From positions 161,585-225,584 of the forward strand of contig CAVUWV010000013.1 in the NCBI GenBank assembly GCA_963745075.1: a DNA stretch of 64,000 nt, read 5' to 3'. The position numbers were made by a program, and so were the translations under genes. The notes beneath the pieces were generated by a model, which made no database searches, had not been told where the DNA came from, and saw nothing but the letters and a program-made list of their open reading frames with translations. Of this stretch, positions 38,429 through 49,570 are shown piece after piece (within the stretch, counting starts at the first letter, position 1; each line of letters begins with the position of its first letter). Origin of the DNA: Candidatus Hydrogenedentota bacterium (GTDB lineage Bacteria > Hydrogenedentota > Hydrogenedentia > Hydrogenedentales > SLHB01).

Positions 38429-40525
38429 GTGATCGATCGGCGAGGATTTCTGGGCGTGTGCACGGGGGCGGGGCTGTCGTTTCTGATTCCGCCGGCCGGA
38501 TTTGCGGAGGGCGAAGCAGGCCTCGGCGAAATGCCTGAAGTGTTTCCGCCGCTACCTGCGCCGAAGAGACTTATTGCGGCCCCGCTCTCTGTTGACTTGC
38601 CGCTGGATGAGCGGCTGGTCCTGACGACGATACAGGGGCTGGTCAACCGGGAGCATCCGCGCATCTACTTCGTTCAGGACGATACGGACGCCCATTGGCT
38701 TGAATACTACGACAAACGATACGGCATCTCGCACGATACGTGGGACACAACGGATCGCATTCTGAAAGAGTTCGCGGATACCGCGGAAGGGTACGTAGTT
38801 TACGACGATGCCATGCTGGACTCGTCGAACGTGGCCATGTCCATGGCGGGCGCGTGGGGCGTGTTGCCGGTGTCCGAGCGCCTTGTGCCGCGCGTGCGGG
38901 AGCTGGGTCTCAAAGAATTCGACAACTTTGTGGGCCGCTGGAAGAACCGGTACGAAGCCTATCGGTGGGCGCTCGAACACGTCTTCCCGCATTGCAGCCC
39001 GAACCTGTTGGGGGCGGTTTGCGTGTGCGCGCCACACTGGCCCAGCGACGCCAACTGGCACTACGACTACCTCGCTGCCCAGCGCATGTTCACCTTCGAC
39101 CTGTCGGCGCGAGCCCGCGACCGCGAGGATGTCGCGCTCTTTCACGAGATCTGCGAACGCAGGTCCGGTCCGGGCTGCGTCATGGGCTGGCACTGTGCGC
39201 GGTGTCCCGAGCACGAATATGTCGCATTGCAGGCCCGGCACAATCTCGGCGTACTGTGTTGCACCTCCACCCGCAACCTGTCCGTTCATGCATCGATCCC
39301 GCGTGCAACGAAGCCCTACAAGCAGAAGCACCACGGGCCATCGGACGTGCGGAAGGTTGAGGACAAGGTCTACCTTGCGTTCGTCAATACGGACGGTGAT
39401 GCGACGTGGAGTATGTTGCAGGGCCATTCCGGCCGAATCAACGATCCTGAATACGGAACCTTACCGTATACCTGGGCCATCCTGCCGTATGCGTGGGACC
39501 TCATGCCCGGCGTGCTTCGGTTCATCTACGACAAGAAGACCCGGAACGACTACTTCGTGGCTGCGTCCGCCGGGGCACTCTACACGTATCCGTATCTCTT
39601 GCCGGACCCCCGGGCTTATCTGCGCCTGACGCGGCATTACATGGACCGGTGCGGCCTCAACATCCCGTACTTTACGAACTGGGACGACGACCACTGGTGG
39701 CAGGAAGTAGACCTGCCGAGTTTTGTGGACCTGGCGCGCAAAGAATTGCCCGACGCCCTCGGTTTCGTGCGGGGAATGGGGGAGTCGGCCTTTGAACGAG
39801 ATTTTCTCGATGGCGGTGCACCGTACATCTATTGCGGCGAGGGTATTCATCGGGACTCCGACGTGTATCAGACGTTGAAGGATTTCATCGATGCTAATCC
39901 GATTCGTCCGCTCTTTATCTGTTGCATCAACAACCACACCGTGAAGCTCGAACGCTACACGGACGCGATAAAGAAACTTCCGTCCGAAGTGAAATTGATT
40001 CATCTCGACGAACTGATGTCCATGATCCGAATCGCCCACGCGGACGGGCGTATTCCCGGCGAGGACCTGTATCCAGACAAGACCGGGTTGCGGAAATTGC
40101 TTCAACGCGAAGCGGAAGCCGGCTGGGAAGGCGTGCGGGATCCAATCCTCGAACATGCCGAACGCGCGCGTCTAAGCGAAACGGGATTTGTCGAGCGCAA
40201 TGAAGATCCACTCGTCGAGTTGATGCTCGAGCGCTCCGCGACGCCGCCGGCCGACATCGTGGCATTCGATGCCGTCTACGACGCCATGTTTCTCACCAAG
40301 GCGGCGCTCAACCTGAAGGGCATCTACGTCAACGACAAGGCCAAAGGCGTAAACGATTTTCTGCGCGAATTCGGCGATTTGCCGGATGCGGGTGTCATTC
40401 GCGAACTCTGGGAGTTGTGGCTGCACTGGAACGACACGCCCATGACCTACGGCCGGGCCTGTTCCTATGCCATACGGGTCGGAGCATTGGCGGAGGCGGT
40501 CAACAAGACAGTAGTTAATACGTAG
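38429..40525 (+). CDS. Tat-exported GxGYxYP-family putative glycoside hydrolase
   Basis: DRRGFLG; TIQGLVNR, GYVVYD, RNLSVH, TDGD, variant motif SAGALYTYP. Confidence 0.75.
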   Translation: MIDRRGFLGVCTGAGLSFLIPPAGFAEGEAGLGEMPEVFPPLPAPKRLIAAPLSVDLPLDERLVLTTIQGLVNREHPRIYFVQDDTDAHWLEYYDKRYGISHDTWDTTDRILKEFADTAEGYVVYDDAMLDSSNVAMSMAGAWGVLPVSERLVPRVRELGLKEFDNFVGRWKNRYEAYRWALEHVFPHCSPNLLGAVCVCAPHWPSDANWHYDYLAAQRMFTFDLSARARDREDVALFHEICERRSGPGCVMGWHCARCPEHEYVALQARHNLGVLCCTSTRNLSVHASIPRATKPYKQKHHGPSDVRKVEDKVYLAFVNTDGDATWSMLQGHSGRINDPEYGTLPYTWAILPYAWDLMPGVLRFIYDKKTRNDYFVAASAGALYTYPYLLPDPRAYLRLTRHYMDRCGLNIPYFTNWDDDHWWQEVDLPSFVDLARKELPDALGFVRGMGESAFERDFLDGGAPYIYCGEGIHRDSDVYQTLKDFIDANPIRPLFICCINNHTVKLERYTDAIKKLPSEVKLIHLDELMSMIRIAHADGRIPGEDLYPDKTGLRKLLQREAEAGWEGVRDPILEHAERARLSETGFVERNEDPLVELMLERSATPPADIVAFDAVYDAMFLTKAALNLKGIYVNDKAKGVNDFLREFGDLPDAGVIRELWELWLHWNDTPMTYGRACSYAIRVGALAEAVNKTVVNT

Positions 40526-40596
40526 CCCGTACCGCGCCGAACCGGAATTGCGAATAGCGATGCGCGAAATTGGGGCTGTGACGCGGGTTTAGATGA

Positions 40597-41340
40597 ATGA
40601 CAAAGAATCCCGGTGAGATTCATATCGGCACGTCCGGGTATCAGTACGATCATTGGCGCGGTGCGTTCTATCCCAAGGACATTCCGAAGAAGGCCTGGTT
40701 CCACTACTACGCCGAACGCTTTCAAACAGTCGAAATCAATAACACCTTTTACAACCTCCCCAAACCGGAAACGTTCGAGGACTGGGCGCACAACGCGCCG
40801 GAGGGATTCCGTTACGCCCTCAAGTTCAGCGGGTACGGGACCCATCAGAAGAAGTTGAAGGATCCGGAGGAGCCGATAGGACGTTTTTTATCACATGCAA
40901 CGCGTCTTGGCGATCATCTGGGTCCGATTCTAGTGCAATTGCCGCCGAATTGGCATCCGGATTTCGAACGGTTGGACCGGTTTCTGACCGTCGCAGCAGG
41001 GAAAGCGGAATGGGTTGTCGAGGTGCGCGAACGCGAGTGGCTATGTGACGAGTTGTACGAGATATTGCGAAATCACCGCGCGGCGCTTTGCATCCACGAC
41101 CTGATCGCGGACCATCCGGAGGTGCTCACGACGTCTTGGACCTACCGGCGGTTTCACGGCGACCATTATCGCGGGAGTTACAGTTCCCAGAAGCTCACAG
41201 CCGTGGCGCAGCGGATTGCGGAGTTACGGCAGGAAGGGTTCGCCGTGTATGCGTATTTCAACAACGACGAAGCGGGGTATGCGGCACAGAACGCGCTGCA
41301 ACTCGTGGAGTACGTTGCGAACGCCGTGGAGAAGGGCTAG
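40597..41340 (+). CDS. DUF72 domain protein
   Basis: IGTSGYQY, VEINNTFY, LVQLPP, YRRFHG, YFNND. Confidence 0.92.
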   Translation: MTKNPGEIHIGTSGYQYDHWRGAFYPKDIPKKAWFHYYAERFQTVEINNTFYNLPKPETFEDWAHNAPEGFRYALKFSGYGTHQKKLKDPEEPIGRFLSHATRLGDHLGPILVQLPPNWHPDFERLDRFLTVAAGKAEWVVEVREREWLCDELYEILRNHRAALCIHDLIADHPEVLTTSWTYRRFHGDHYRGSYSSQKLTAVAQRIAELRQEGFAVYAYFNNDEAGYAAQNALQLVEYVANAVEKG

Positions 41341-41562
41341 CCCGCATGTCGCACCGCCCCGAAATTCGACGTCGTGCCGACTGGTACCCTGGGCGCGGTG
41401 AGAAATGTTTTCGAGAAAAACTGAAGGCTCACTGTTGAGGAAATCTCGCACGCACTCTGGGAACCCAAAAACTCAGACGGACACGCGAAGCTCCAGGGCG
41501 ATTTGGGGTTGCAGATTCGACGTTTGACGCGTGTGAGAATTCCGGGCTAGAAAACCGGTGAC

Positions 41563-44500
41563 TCAGGTCGCCTTTTCGGTCTGCGAGGGAGCAGATGTGT
41601 CGTCCTGCAATACGAATTCTTTCGCCCGGAAATGGGCCGTCCGAAGACAAGCGGGTAATATGATGGTCACGGGCGCGGTTAGGAGCGTGCCAAATCCCAG
41701 CGCGATAGCCATCGGCACGAGGAAACGCGCTTGGGTCGACGTTTCGAATATCATCGGTGCGAGACCGGCGAAGGTTGTCAGCGAAGTCAGGAGGATTGGA
41801 CGAAAGCGCCGCCGGCCCGCCGCCACAACGGCTTCTTCGATGGGAAGTCCCTTATCCACCAACAGATGATTGATTTCCTGATTCAAGACCAGCCCGCCGT
41901 TGACGACCAAACCGGACAACGCGATCATGCCGAAGACGCTGACGATGGAAAGGTCGTAACCGAGAAGAATATGGCCGAGCAGCGCGGCTCCCGCGCCGAA
42001 CGGAACGATGAGCATGATGATAAACGCCTGGACGTAACTGCGGAACAGCGCGGCCAGCAGGGCGAAGATGACGAGCATCGCAATCGCCAGCCCGATCCGA
42101 AGTTCGTCCATGGCGCGGTGTTCTTCGCGCTGCCGTCCGCTGAATTCGTAGGTCAATCCGCGAAACGTATTGGTAAGATCGGGCAATACACTGGCTTCGA
42201 GATTCGCGCGAATATCATTGATGTTCGCAATTTCGGGGATGACGTTGCACGTAACATTGATCACCCGCTGGCCGTCGACTCGTTCGATCTCCGTAAAGGA
42301 ACGGTTGGTATGCAGGCGGGCGGCTTGGGCCAGGGGGACCTCGCCGCCGGTAGGCGTACGGATGATGAGGTCCTCCACATTCGCGAGGGACCGGCGTTCG
42401 TTCTGGGGTAGGCGCACCATTACTTTCATTTCGTGGCGACCGCGTTGGAATCGCAGCGCTTCTGCGCCATAGAAGGCATGACGCACCTGCCGCCCCACTT
42501 CCTCGGGGGTGAGTCCGAGCGAACGGCCTTCCTTGGTCAAATCGACTTCCATCTGCAATTTGCCGGAGCTGTATCCGTCTTTGATGTCCGAAACGCCATT
42601 AAAGGTCGCGAGTAGGTCGGCCAATGTCGCCGCCGCGCGTTCCAGCGTGTCCCGGTTGGAATGCGACAATTCGATGGTCAGTCCGGCGCCGCTTCCCGGT
42701 CCTTCTTCCCACTCATAGTATAGTGATTTCAGGCCGGGAACTTCGCCGACTTCCTTGCGCCACAGCGCCGCGAATTCCGCCTCAGTGAAATCGCGTTCCG
42801 TGACGGGGGTCAGGTAGAAATTCACGTCGGCCCAGTTTTCGCCGCGACGTCCGACGACGTTCATGCGCCCGGTTAACACCTTGTCGCGTCCGCCGAGCTG
42901 ATCCGCCGCGCGTAGACCCGCCTGTTCGACGTGATTGGCGATGCGAACGGTGTCGTCAAAGGCCGAGCCAACGGGAGTCTGAACCTCGGCGTCCACGCGC
43001 AATCCCGTGATGACGGGGGAAAAGTTGTAGTGGATGCGCCCGCTGTAGTACCAGGCGAGAACGATCGCCAGACCCGAGAAGAGAATGCTCATGGTCAGGA
43101 AACGCCGGTGCACGGACCAACGGATGATCGGGACGACGATCCGGTCGGTCAGGGTCTCGAACGCGTTTGAAACGCGGCGCTGACCCTTGCTCAACAGCGC
43201 GGTCAGGCCCCGGCCGGCGCCTGCTTCCTTGCCGTGGCCCAGGTGGGCCGGAAGGATAAACAACGCCTCGACGAGGGACACCATGAACACGGCAATAACG
43301 ACGGCTGGGAGTGGCGCGAAGAAGCGGCCGTTTTCGCCGGGCACGTAAAGGAGGGGAACGAATGCGACGATGTTCGTCAACACCGCAAAGATCACGGGCA
43401 CGATCATTTCCCGGCTACCCGTAATTGCGGCTTGCAGTCGTGGCTGACCGTCCTGGATATTGTGAAAGACGTTTTCCCCCACGATCACGGCATCGTCCAC
43501 CACGATCCCGAGCGTGATGATGAAGGCAAAAAGGGAGATCATGTTGATGCTCGCGCCCATGAACGGCAAAAGCAGGAGGGATCCGGCGATGGTTGTGGGG
43601 ATGCCCATCGCCACCCAGAATGCGAGGCGGGGCTCCAAAAAAAGGCCGAGGACGCACATCACGAGGACCAGGCCCAGCGCCCCGTTCCGAATGAGAAGAT
43701 TCAGGCGGTCCTGGTACTGCTCGGCGCGGTCTCGGAGGATTCGCACGCCGACTCCGGGCGGAAGATCTTTTTTCAGATCCTCCAGATATCCATTCACTTC
43801 TTTCGCGATATCGAGCGGTTTTCCTTCGCCGGTTTCGTACACACTCAAGAAGATACCGTTCCCGCCATTAAACAGATTCTGCGTCTGCCGATCTTCGAAA
43901 CCGTCCGCGATCGTGGCCACGTCCCGAAGACGGACATCCGTGCCTGCGTTGTCGCTGACCAGGACGATGTCGCCGTACTCGCTGGCGAAGTCGCGCCGTT
44001 CGCGGGTACTCAATAGGACTTCGCCCCCGGTGGTGCGCACGCCGCCCGCCGGAACGTCGCGGGCGGATTTGCGGATCGTGTCGGCCACGGCGCCGAGTGT
44101 GAGCCCCAGCGAGCGCAGCGTCGCTTGAGAGACTTCGATCTGGATTTCGGGATCTCGCGATGAGCGAACTTCCACGTGTTTCACGGACGGAAGTGCCAGG
44201 AGGTCTCGCCGCATGCGTTCGGATAGTTCGAAGATCTGCCGTTCGGTCAGCGGCCCGTAAACGACCATCCACATGACGCTGGTCTGTTCCTGCTGCAACC
44301 CCAGCGTGGGACGCTCGGCGTCTTCAGGAAAGAAACTGATCCCATCGACCGCGTTTTTGATTTCCTGCAGCGCGCGATTTGGATCCACGCCTTCCAGCAG
44401 TTCGACTTCAATCTCCGCGCGCCCCTCACTCGCCGTCGAAACGACGCGATCCACGACGTCGAGACCGAGCACTTCTTCTTCGATGGGAAGGATGAGCCCG

Positions 44501-44739
44501 TCTTCCACTTCTTCGGGCGGAGAACCCGGGTACGAGACGGAGACGTCGATGATGTCCAATTGAAAACTGGGGAAAACTTCCTGCTTGATCGAGAGCGTTG
44601 CGGCGAGTCCCCCGAGAAGCAATACCATCATGAGAATATTGGCCGCCACATGGTTGATGGTCAACCAACGAACGAACGCGAACAGCCCGCCACCGCTTTC
44701 CGGGATCGCATGCTCGATCTCGCCGGGCGGCTTTGTCAT
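41563..44739 (-). CDS. RND efflux permease (AcrB/AcrD/AcrF family)
   Basis: LGIVVDDAVIVGEN, RFRPILLTSLTT; 1058 aa. Confidence 0.95.
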   Translation of the reverse strand: MTKPPGEIEHAIPESGGGLFAFVRWLTINHVAANILMMVLLLGGLAATLSIKQEVFPSFQLDIIDVSVSYPGSPPEEVEDGLILPIEEEVLGLDVVDRVVSTASEGRAEIEVELLEGVDPNRALQEIKNAVDGISFFPEDAERPTLGLQQEQTSVMWMVVYGPLTERQIFELSERMRRDLLALPSVKHVEVRSSRDPEIQIEVSQATLRSLGLTLGAVADTIRKSARDVPAGGVRTTGGEVLLSTRERRDFASEYGDIVLVSDNAGTDVRLRDVATIADGFEDRQTQNLFNGGNGIFLSVYETGEGKPLDIAKEVNGYLEDLKKDLPPGVGVRILRDRAEQYQDRLNLLIRNGALGLVLVMCVLGLFLEPRLAFWVAMGIPTTIAGSLLLLPFMGASINMISLFAFIITLGIVVDDAVIVGENVFHNIQDGQPRLQAAITGSREMIVPVIFAVLTNIVAFVPLLYVPGENGRFFAPLPAVVIAVFMVSLVEALFILPAHLGHGKEAGAGRGLTALLSKGQRRVSNAFETLTDRIVVPIIRWSVHRRFLTMSILFSGLAIVLAWYYSGRIHYNFSPVITGLRVDAEVQTPVGSAFDDTVRIANHVEQAGLRAADQLGGRDKVLTGRMNVVGRRGENWADVNFYLTPVTERDFTEAEFAALWRKEVGEVPGLKSLYYEWEEGPGSGAGLTIELSHSNRDTLERAAATLADLLATFNGVSDIKDGYSSGKLQMEVDLTKEGRSLGLTPEEVGRQVRHAFYGAEALRFQRGRHEMKVMVRLPQNERRSLANVEDLIIRTPTGGEVPLAQAARLHTNRSFTEIERVDGQRVINVTCNVIPEIANINDIRANLEASVLPDLTNTFRGLTYEFSGRQREEHRAMDELRIGLAIAMLVIFALLAALFRSYVQAFIIMLIVPFGAGAALLGHILLGYDLSIVSVFGMIALSGLVVNGGLVLNQEINHLLVDKGLPIEEAVVAAGRRRFRPILLTSLTTFAGLAPMIFETSTQARFLVPMAIALGFGTLLTAPVTIILPACLRTAHFRAKEFVLQDDTSAPSQTEKAT

Positions 44740-45953
44740 GATACGGACAGGTCCGGTTCAGGCGCCGTTTCGTTCGGGGTTTGCGTCTGCGATTGGACGG
44801 TCATCCCCGGAACCAGATCTTCCACCGGCGACACGATGATGCTGTCGTCGGCCTCGAACACATCCTCCAATGCGAGAATCTCGGCTTGCCGCCAGAGTAT
44901 ATGGGCGTCGCGGACTTGGACCTTCCCGCCGCCGTCGACGACCCATATCTCATCGTTTTCGCGAAGCCCCCGTCGAGGTATCGTGACGCCGTGTTCCAAG
45001 GGCCCGGCATCCAGGTCCGCACGGACGTAACTGTTCAAGACGAGCGGGGTGTACGAGGGACTCGATTCCTTTCGATGCAACGGGTCCTGCACCTCGAGCA
45101 GCAATTGCGCCATGCGACCCTCGGTAACTTCTCCCAACTGCCGTACCAGACGCGCCGGCACGGCGGTCGCTTCATCGACGCTGTCCACATTGCTGAAGAT
45201 CCGGACCTTGCTATTCTCGGTCTTGGCTGCCTCGAGTAGTGCGCCGAGACGATCCATGGCTACGGAGACTTGCACCCAGAACGTGTTCGCGCCTGCCATC
45301 GTGGCAATGGCCGTCCCCGGCGAAACGTATTGGCCCACGTCGACGGATTCCTTGAGTACCAGCACGTCAAACGGCGCGCGGATAACCGTACGGCGGAGAT
45401 CCAATTCCGCCTGATCCACGACACTTTTTGCCGAGGCGATCTGGGCTTCGGCCTGGCGCAACTGCGGTTCGCGGAGGGCGAGCGATTTACCCAGTTCGGC
45501 ATTTGGCAGATCCTTGCCGAACAAATTCCACTCGCGTTCCGCGACGAGTTGACGGCCCTTCTCAACGTCGAGCGCCGCCTCGGCTTCCGCTAACGCTCCC
45601 TTCGCGCGTGACAGCGCCAGCTCGTATTCCTCGGGGTCGATCCGAATCAGGACTTCGCCCTCCGGGATGATGCCGCCGGGCTCCAGGGATTCGTGAATCT
45701 CGATAATGCGGCCGGCGACCTCCGGGACGAATTCCACCTCCCGCGCCGGGATGACGGTGCCGTAGGCGTGCACCTGTCGCGGAACAGGGCCTCGCTCCAC
45801 CGGCACCACTTCGACCACGGGCGCGATCCGCTCTTCGGGGATGCGCTCGACTCGCGGCGCAGAGGCAAATAACAACAGGACGATACCTGTGCCCCCCGCG
45901 AGTACGGCTACGGGTAGAAGTAAGAAAAAGATTTTCGATAACCACGACTTCAT
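44736..45953 (-). CDS. RND periplasmic adaptor (MFP)
   Basis: N-terminal TM, PEVAGRI, IRAPFD; overlaps the permease start. Confidence 0.92.
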   Translation of the reverse strand: MKSWLSKIFFLLLPVAVLAGGTGIVLLLFASAPRVERIPEERIAPVVEVVPVERGPVPRQVHAYGTVIPAREVEFVPEVAGRIIEIHESLEPGGIIPEGEVLIRIDPEEYELALSRAKGALAEAEAALDVEKGRQLVAEREWNLFGKDLPNAELGKSLALREPQLRQAEAQIASAKSVVDQAELDLRRTVIRAPFDVLVLKESVDVGQYVSPGTAIATMAGANTFWVQVSVAMDRLGALLEAAKTENSKVRIFSNVDSVDEATAVPARLVRQLGEVTEGRMAQLLLEVQDPLHRKESSPSYTPLVLNSYVRADLDAGPLEHGVTIPRRGLRENDEIWVVDGGGKVQVRDAHILWRQAEILALEDVFEADDSIIVSPVEDLVPGMTVQSQTQTPNETAPEPDLSVS

Positions 45954-46035
45954 GTTGAGATTGCCGTTCGTGCGGTGTGCTTGTTAACCCAATGCATCGC
46001 GTATACCCACAGTGGCGCCCCGGCGCCAACTGGTA

Positions 46036-47712
46036 TTAAACACCATTTTTGGTATCAAAGTTCCGAGTTTCCCGTGATTTCGACGTGTTCCGATTGGCGG
46101 CGGGCGCCGGGGGGATCGCTCCGCCCACCGCGCGGTACACCGTAATCCGCTCCGTCACGAGGACGCGGCGTTGACGCAGCAACTCGCGTTGCACGTCTTG
46201 CAGGTCCTGGATGGCGGTCAGAACCGGAAGATAGTCTGTGACGCCCAAACCGTAGCGCACGCGAGTCTCGTTGAGAGTCTGTTGCAAGATGGTTTCCCGT
46301 TCGGAAAGGGCCTGAATGAGATCGCGCTGTCGTGCCTCGCGCCAGAGCGCCGATTCCACTTCCTCGATGGCGAGCAGATACTCCTGCGTGTACGCCAGCA
46401 ACGTCTCCCGAAACTCCGATCGCGCTTGCGTCACGGCGGCTTTTCGCAGGCCCCAGTCCAGCAGCGGCTGAAACAGTCCCGCGGCGCCGGTTCCCGTCAA
46501 CGTCGATGCCAGGGAGGTATCCCCATAGACCAGCGAGCCGTCCAGGGTGAAGCGGGGGAGGCGGTCGGCCATCGCCGTTGCGATGCGGTAGTCGGCGGCC
46601 ACGACGCGGCGGTTAAGCGCGCGCAAGTCCGGCCGGTTCTGCAGTAACAGCACCGGGACGCCGACTTCCGGCATGACGGTCTCGGTCGGCAAGGCGCTGG
46701 CATCATCCGACGTGCGGTCGATTCCATCCGGCGCTACGCCGAGAAGCACATCCAGGCGGTTTTCGTAGATCCGCAACTGCGACTGGACCACCGGAATCTC
46801 GGCGTTGATCTCCGCCAGTTGTCCCTTTTGCTGAAGCATATCGACCGAAGACGCGCTGCCCTGGAGGAACCGGAGTTCGATCAGTTCCAGCAGCGTCTCG
46901 GCGGATTTGCGCTGTTCGAGCAGCAACTCGTACTGTAGACGCTGTTCGACGGCCAGATAGTATGCTTCCGCGACCTGGCTCGTGAGGAAGAGGCGCAAGG
47001 CCTCGTAATCTTCGATAGCGGCCGCATACTCTTCGGCTTGCGCGGCGGTGGCCGACCGGAGCCGGCCCCAGAGGTCGGCTTCCCAACTCATCGCGACGCC
47101 CCCGGTGAACTCGGTTTCGTATTCATGGGTCCAGCCCTTGGGTGGTCCCGTGTTTTCCGGGCGCCGCAAGTCGGGGAAGTTGCCGCCGCCTCCTGGCGAG
47201 CCGTTTCCATTTCCCGAATCGTTTCCGTTCCCGGTGTTGTCCGGGGTGAGCGAAGAACGAAAGCCTTCGACCGAGTCCAAGAAGTCATTTAACGAATTGA
47301 CCGTGTCATCGACCTTGTCAGCCGTGTCGATTCCATCGTCCTTCAGGCGTGTCCGTTTCCATCGGCGCTCAACATCCGAGTTGAGATCGATTTCGGGCCG
47401 TTGAATCGCTTTCGCCTGGCGGAACAAGGCTTGCGCGCGATCCACGCGTTCCAGGGCTTGGGCCACGGTGAAGTTCTGGTCCAGGGCGGACTTTATCAGG
47501 GTATCGAGGGTGGGATCGGAAAACGCGGACCACCACAGGGCGTCGGGCGGGTTGGAGGACTCTACGGCAACGCTGTACATTGTCGGCGTCTCAACCAGCG
47601 GTTCGGGATTCGGATCGACTGGATGGGTGATACACGATGTGCAGACGAACGCAAAGCCAAGCAAACAGATGCCCGGCGTTTGGTGCACGATATTGAGAGG
47701 CCGGAACGTCAA
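46036..47712 (-). CDS. Outer membrane efflux lipoprotein (NodT/OprM type)
   Basis: Lipobox CTSC, WWSAFSDPTL, SWEADLWG, NRPDLRA; TTG start inferred from the GAAGG RBS. Confidence 0.9.
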   Translation of the reverse strand: MTFRPLNIVHQTPGICLLGFAFVCTSCITHPVDPNPEPLVETPTMYSVAVESSNPPDALWWSAFSDPTLDTLIKSALDQNFTVAQALERVDRAQALFRQAKAIQRPEIDLNSDVERRWKRTRLKDDGIDTADKVDDTVNSLNDFLDSVEGFRSSLTPDNTGNGNDSGNGNGSPGGGGNFPDLRRPENTGPPKGWTHEYETEFTGGVAMSWEADLWGRLRSATAAQAEEYAAAIEDYEALRLFLTSQVAEAYYLAVEQRLQYELLLEQRKSAETLLELIELRFLQGSASSVDMLQQKGQLAEINAEIPVVQSQLRIYENRLDVLLGVAPDGIDRTSDDASALPTETVMPEVGVPVLLLQNRPDLRALNRRVVAADYRIATAMADRLPRFTLDGSLVYGDTSLASTLTGTGAAGLFQPLLDWGLRKAAVTQARSEFRETLLAYTQEYLLAIEEVESALWREARQRDLIQALSERETILQQTLNETRVRYGLGVTDYLPVLTAIQDLQDVQRELLRQRRVLVTERITVYRAVGGAIPPAPAANRNTSKSRETRNFDTKNGV

Positions 47713-47880
47713 GGTGAGACCTTCTTCTAAATCGAATGTCACGCCGAAGTGTAACGCGCTTCCCCCCGGAAGCGACTGCTCCATAGAATACGTCGAACCC
47801 CCCTCCGAAATCCAGTGGCTATTTCTGACCGATTCTGTACCCCGACACATATCAATGGCCCTCAGACTCGGTCGAAACGG

Positions 47881-47919
47881 TCCGAAGTAGACGCGGCTTC
47901 CAGCCGCGTCTACTTCGGA
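47881..47919. repeat. 18-bp perfect hairpin (REP-like or terminator)
   Basis: TCCGAAGTAGACGCGGCT-TCC-AGCCGCGTCTACTTCGGA. Confidence 0.7.
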
Positions 47920-47963
47920 TGCCGAAATGGAAATTCTCTCCCCGTACCTTCAATTGAACCGGA

Positions 47964-49525
47964 CTATTTGTGCCGCCTCGGCGCGCTGCGTCCCGCTTCC
48001 TGGTATTTATGGAGGAGCGCGGTAAACTCGGCGACAATCTCCGGATGTTGCCCGTACTGATTGTTCTCTTCCTTTGGGTCCTGCTGCATGTCATAGAGTT
48101 GTTCCGGCGGGTCGTCCGGTTTGCCTATCCCGCTCCATCCGCCCGATCCACGGCCGAGCACGAGCTTCCACTTGCCACGGCGCACCGCGAACATCCCGTC
48201 GATGGAATGATGCACGACAGCCTCGCGCAGGGGATGGTCTCCACGTGTCTCCTCGAGGGCGGGCAGCAAATCGTAGCTGTCTACCGCGGCTGAATCCGGG
48301 AGGTCGTACCCGGTGATGGCCGCGGCGGTCGCCATCAGGTCTACAAGGCAGATGGTTTCGTCCGAGACGGCGCCCGCGCGGATATGTTCCGGCCAACGGG
48401 CGAGGAAGGGCACGCGGTGGCCACCGTCCCAGATGTCGGCCTTGATGCCGCGGTAAATGTAGCTGGGATTGTGCCCGTATTGCCGGATGGAATTCGGCGC
48501 GCCGTTCATGTTCTCGCCCGACCGGCCGGGGGACCCATTGTCGCTGGTGAAAACAACGAGCGTGTTGTCGGCCTGCCCCGTGCGCTCGAGGGCATCCATC
48601 ACCTCGCCTACCGCCCAGTCGACTTCGACGACGTAGTCGCCGTAGCGGTAGGCATCGCTCTTTCCGATGAATTCTTTGGCGGGTGCAATCGGGGTGTGTG
48701 GCGCGGTCAAAGGAAAGTACAGGAAGAACGGCGCGTTTTCGGTCTTGTTGAATGGAGACGTGCCGGCCTCGGCTTCAATGTAGTCGACTGCGTGTTTGGT
48801 GATGGCGGGCATGACGTCTTCGAGACGCCATCCCTCCATCATGGGGCCCGGCGTGCCAAACATGTTGTCGGGCTTTTGCGCCGTGGGTATGCCCAGCGTA
48901 TGGTCGTTCTCGATGAAACAGTAGGGCGCGAAGTTGGGGATGTCGTCGCCAAAATAGTAGTCGAATCCACGCGTGGTCGGTCCGTTCTTGATGGGTTTCG
49001 TGAAGTCCATCTTCGCGCCGAAAGGATCGCGTACTTTCGGATTCCATTCGCCTTGGGGGATGAGGTCGTTAACCGAGGACCCATCCTTCGTAGGCCAATC
49101 CCACCCCAAATGCCATTTGCCGATGCACGCGGTAGAGTAGCCTTCCTTTTTCAGCATGCCGGCTATCGTCAATTGGTCTTCGCGGATCAGGGGACCGTCC
49201 CACGGCCAGAGGACCGATGTCTTGAGAGGGGATCGCCAGCAGTAGTCCCCGGTGAGAATGCCGTAACGGGTCGGCGAACAGACCGCGCTCGGCGAGTGGG
49301 CGTCGGTAAAGCGCATAGCTCTGCGTTGCGAGCCGGTCGAGGTTCGGCGTCGGGATCTTCGATTCCGGATTCTGGCACGCCAGATCGCCGTAACCCATGT
49401 CGTCCGCCAGAATGATAACGATGTTCGGTGGCGATGCGGTCGGTTGCTCCGCTCCGTAGGACCGCGTGGCGCGTTCCGGCCAATGCCATGGCGCCGACCG
49501 TTTGCAGAAAATCTCTCCGTCTCAT
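47964..49525 (-). CDS. Tat-exported arylsulfatase; frameshifts near 49440 and 49320
   Basis: [41 protein letters not shown]. Confidence 0.88.
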
Positions 49526-49570
49526 TCGCTCCATCGTATCTTCCCTCGGTTGAACCGTATTCAGTGCATC

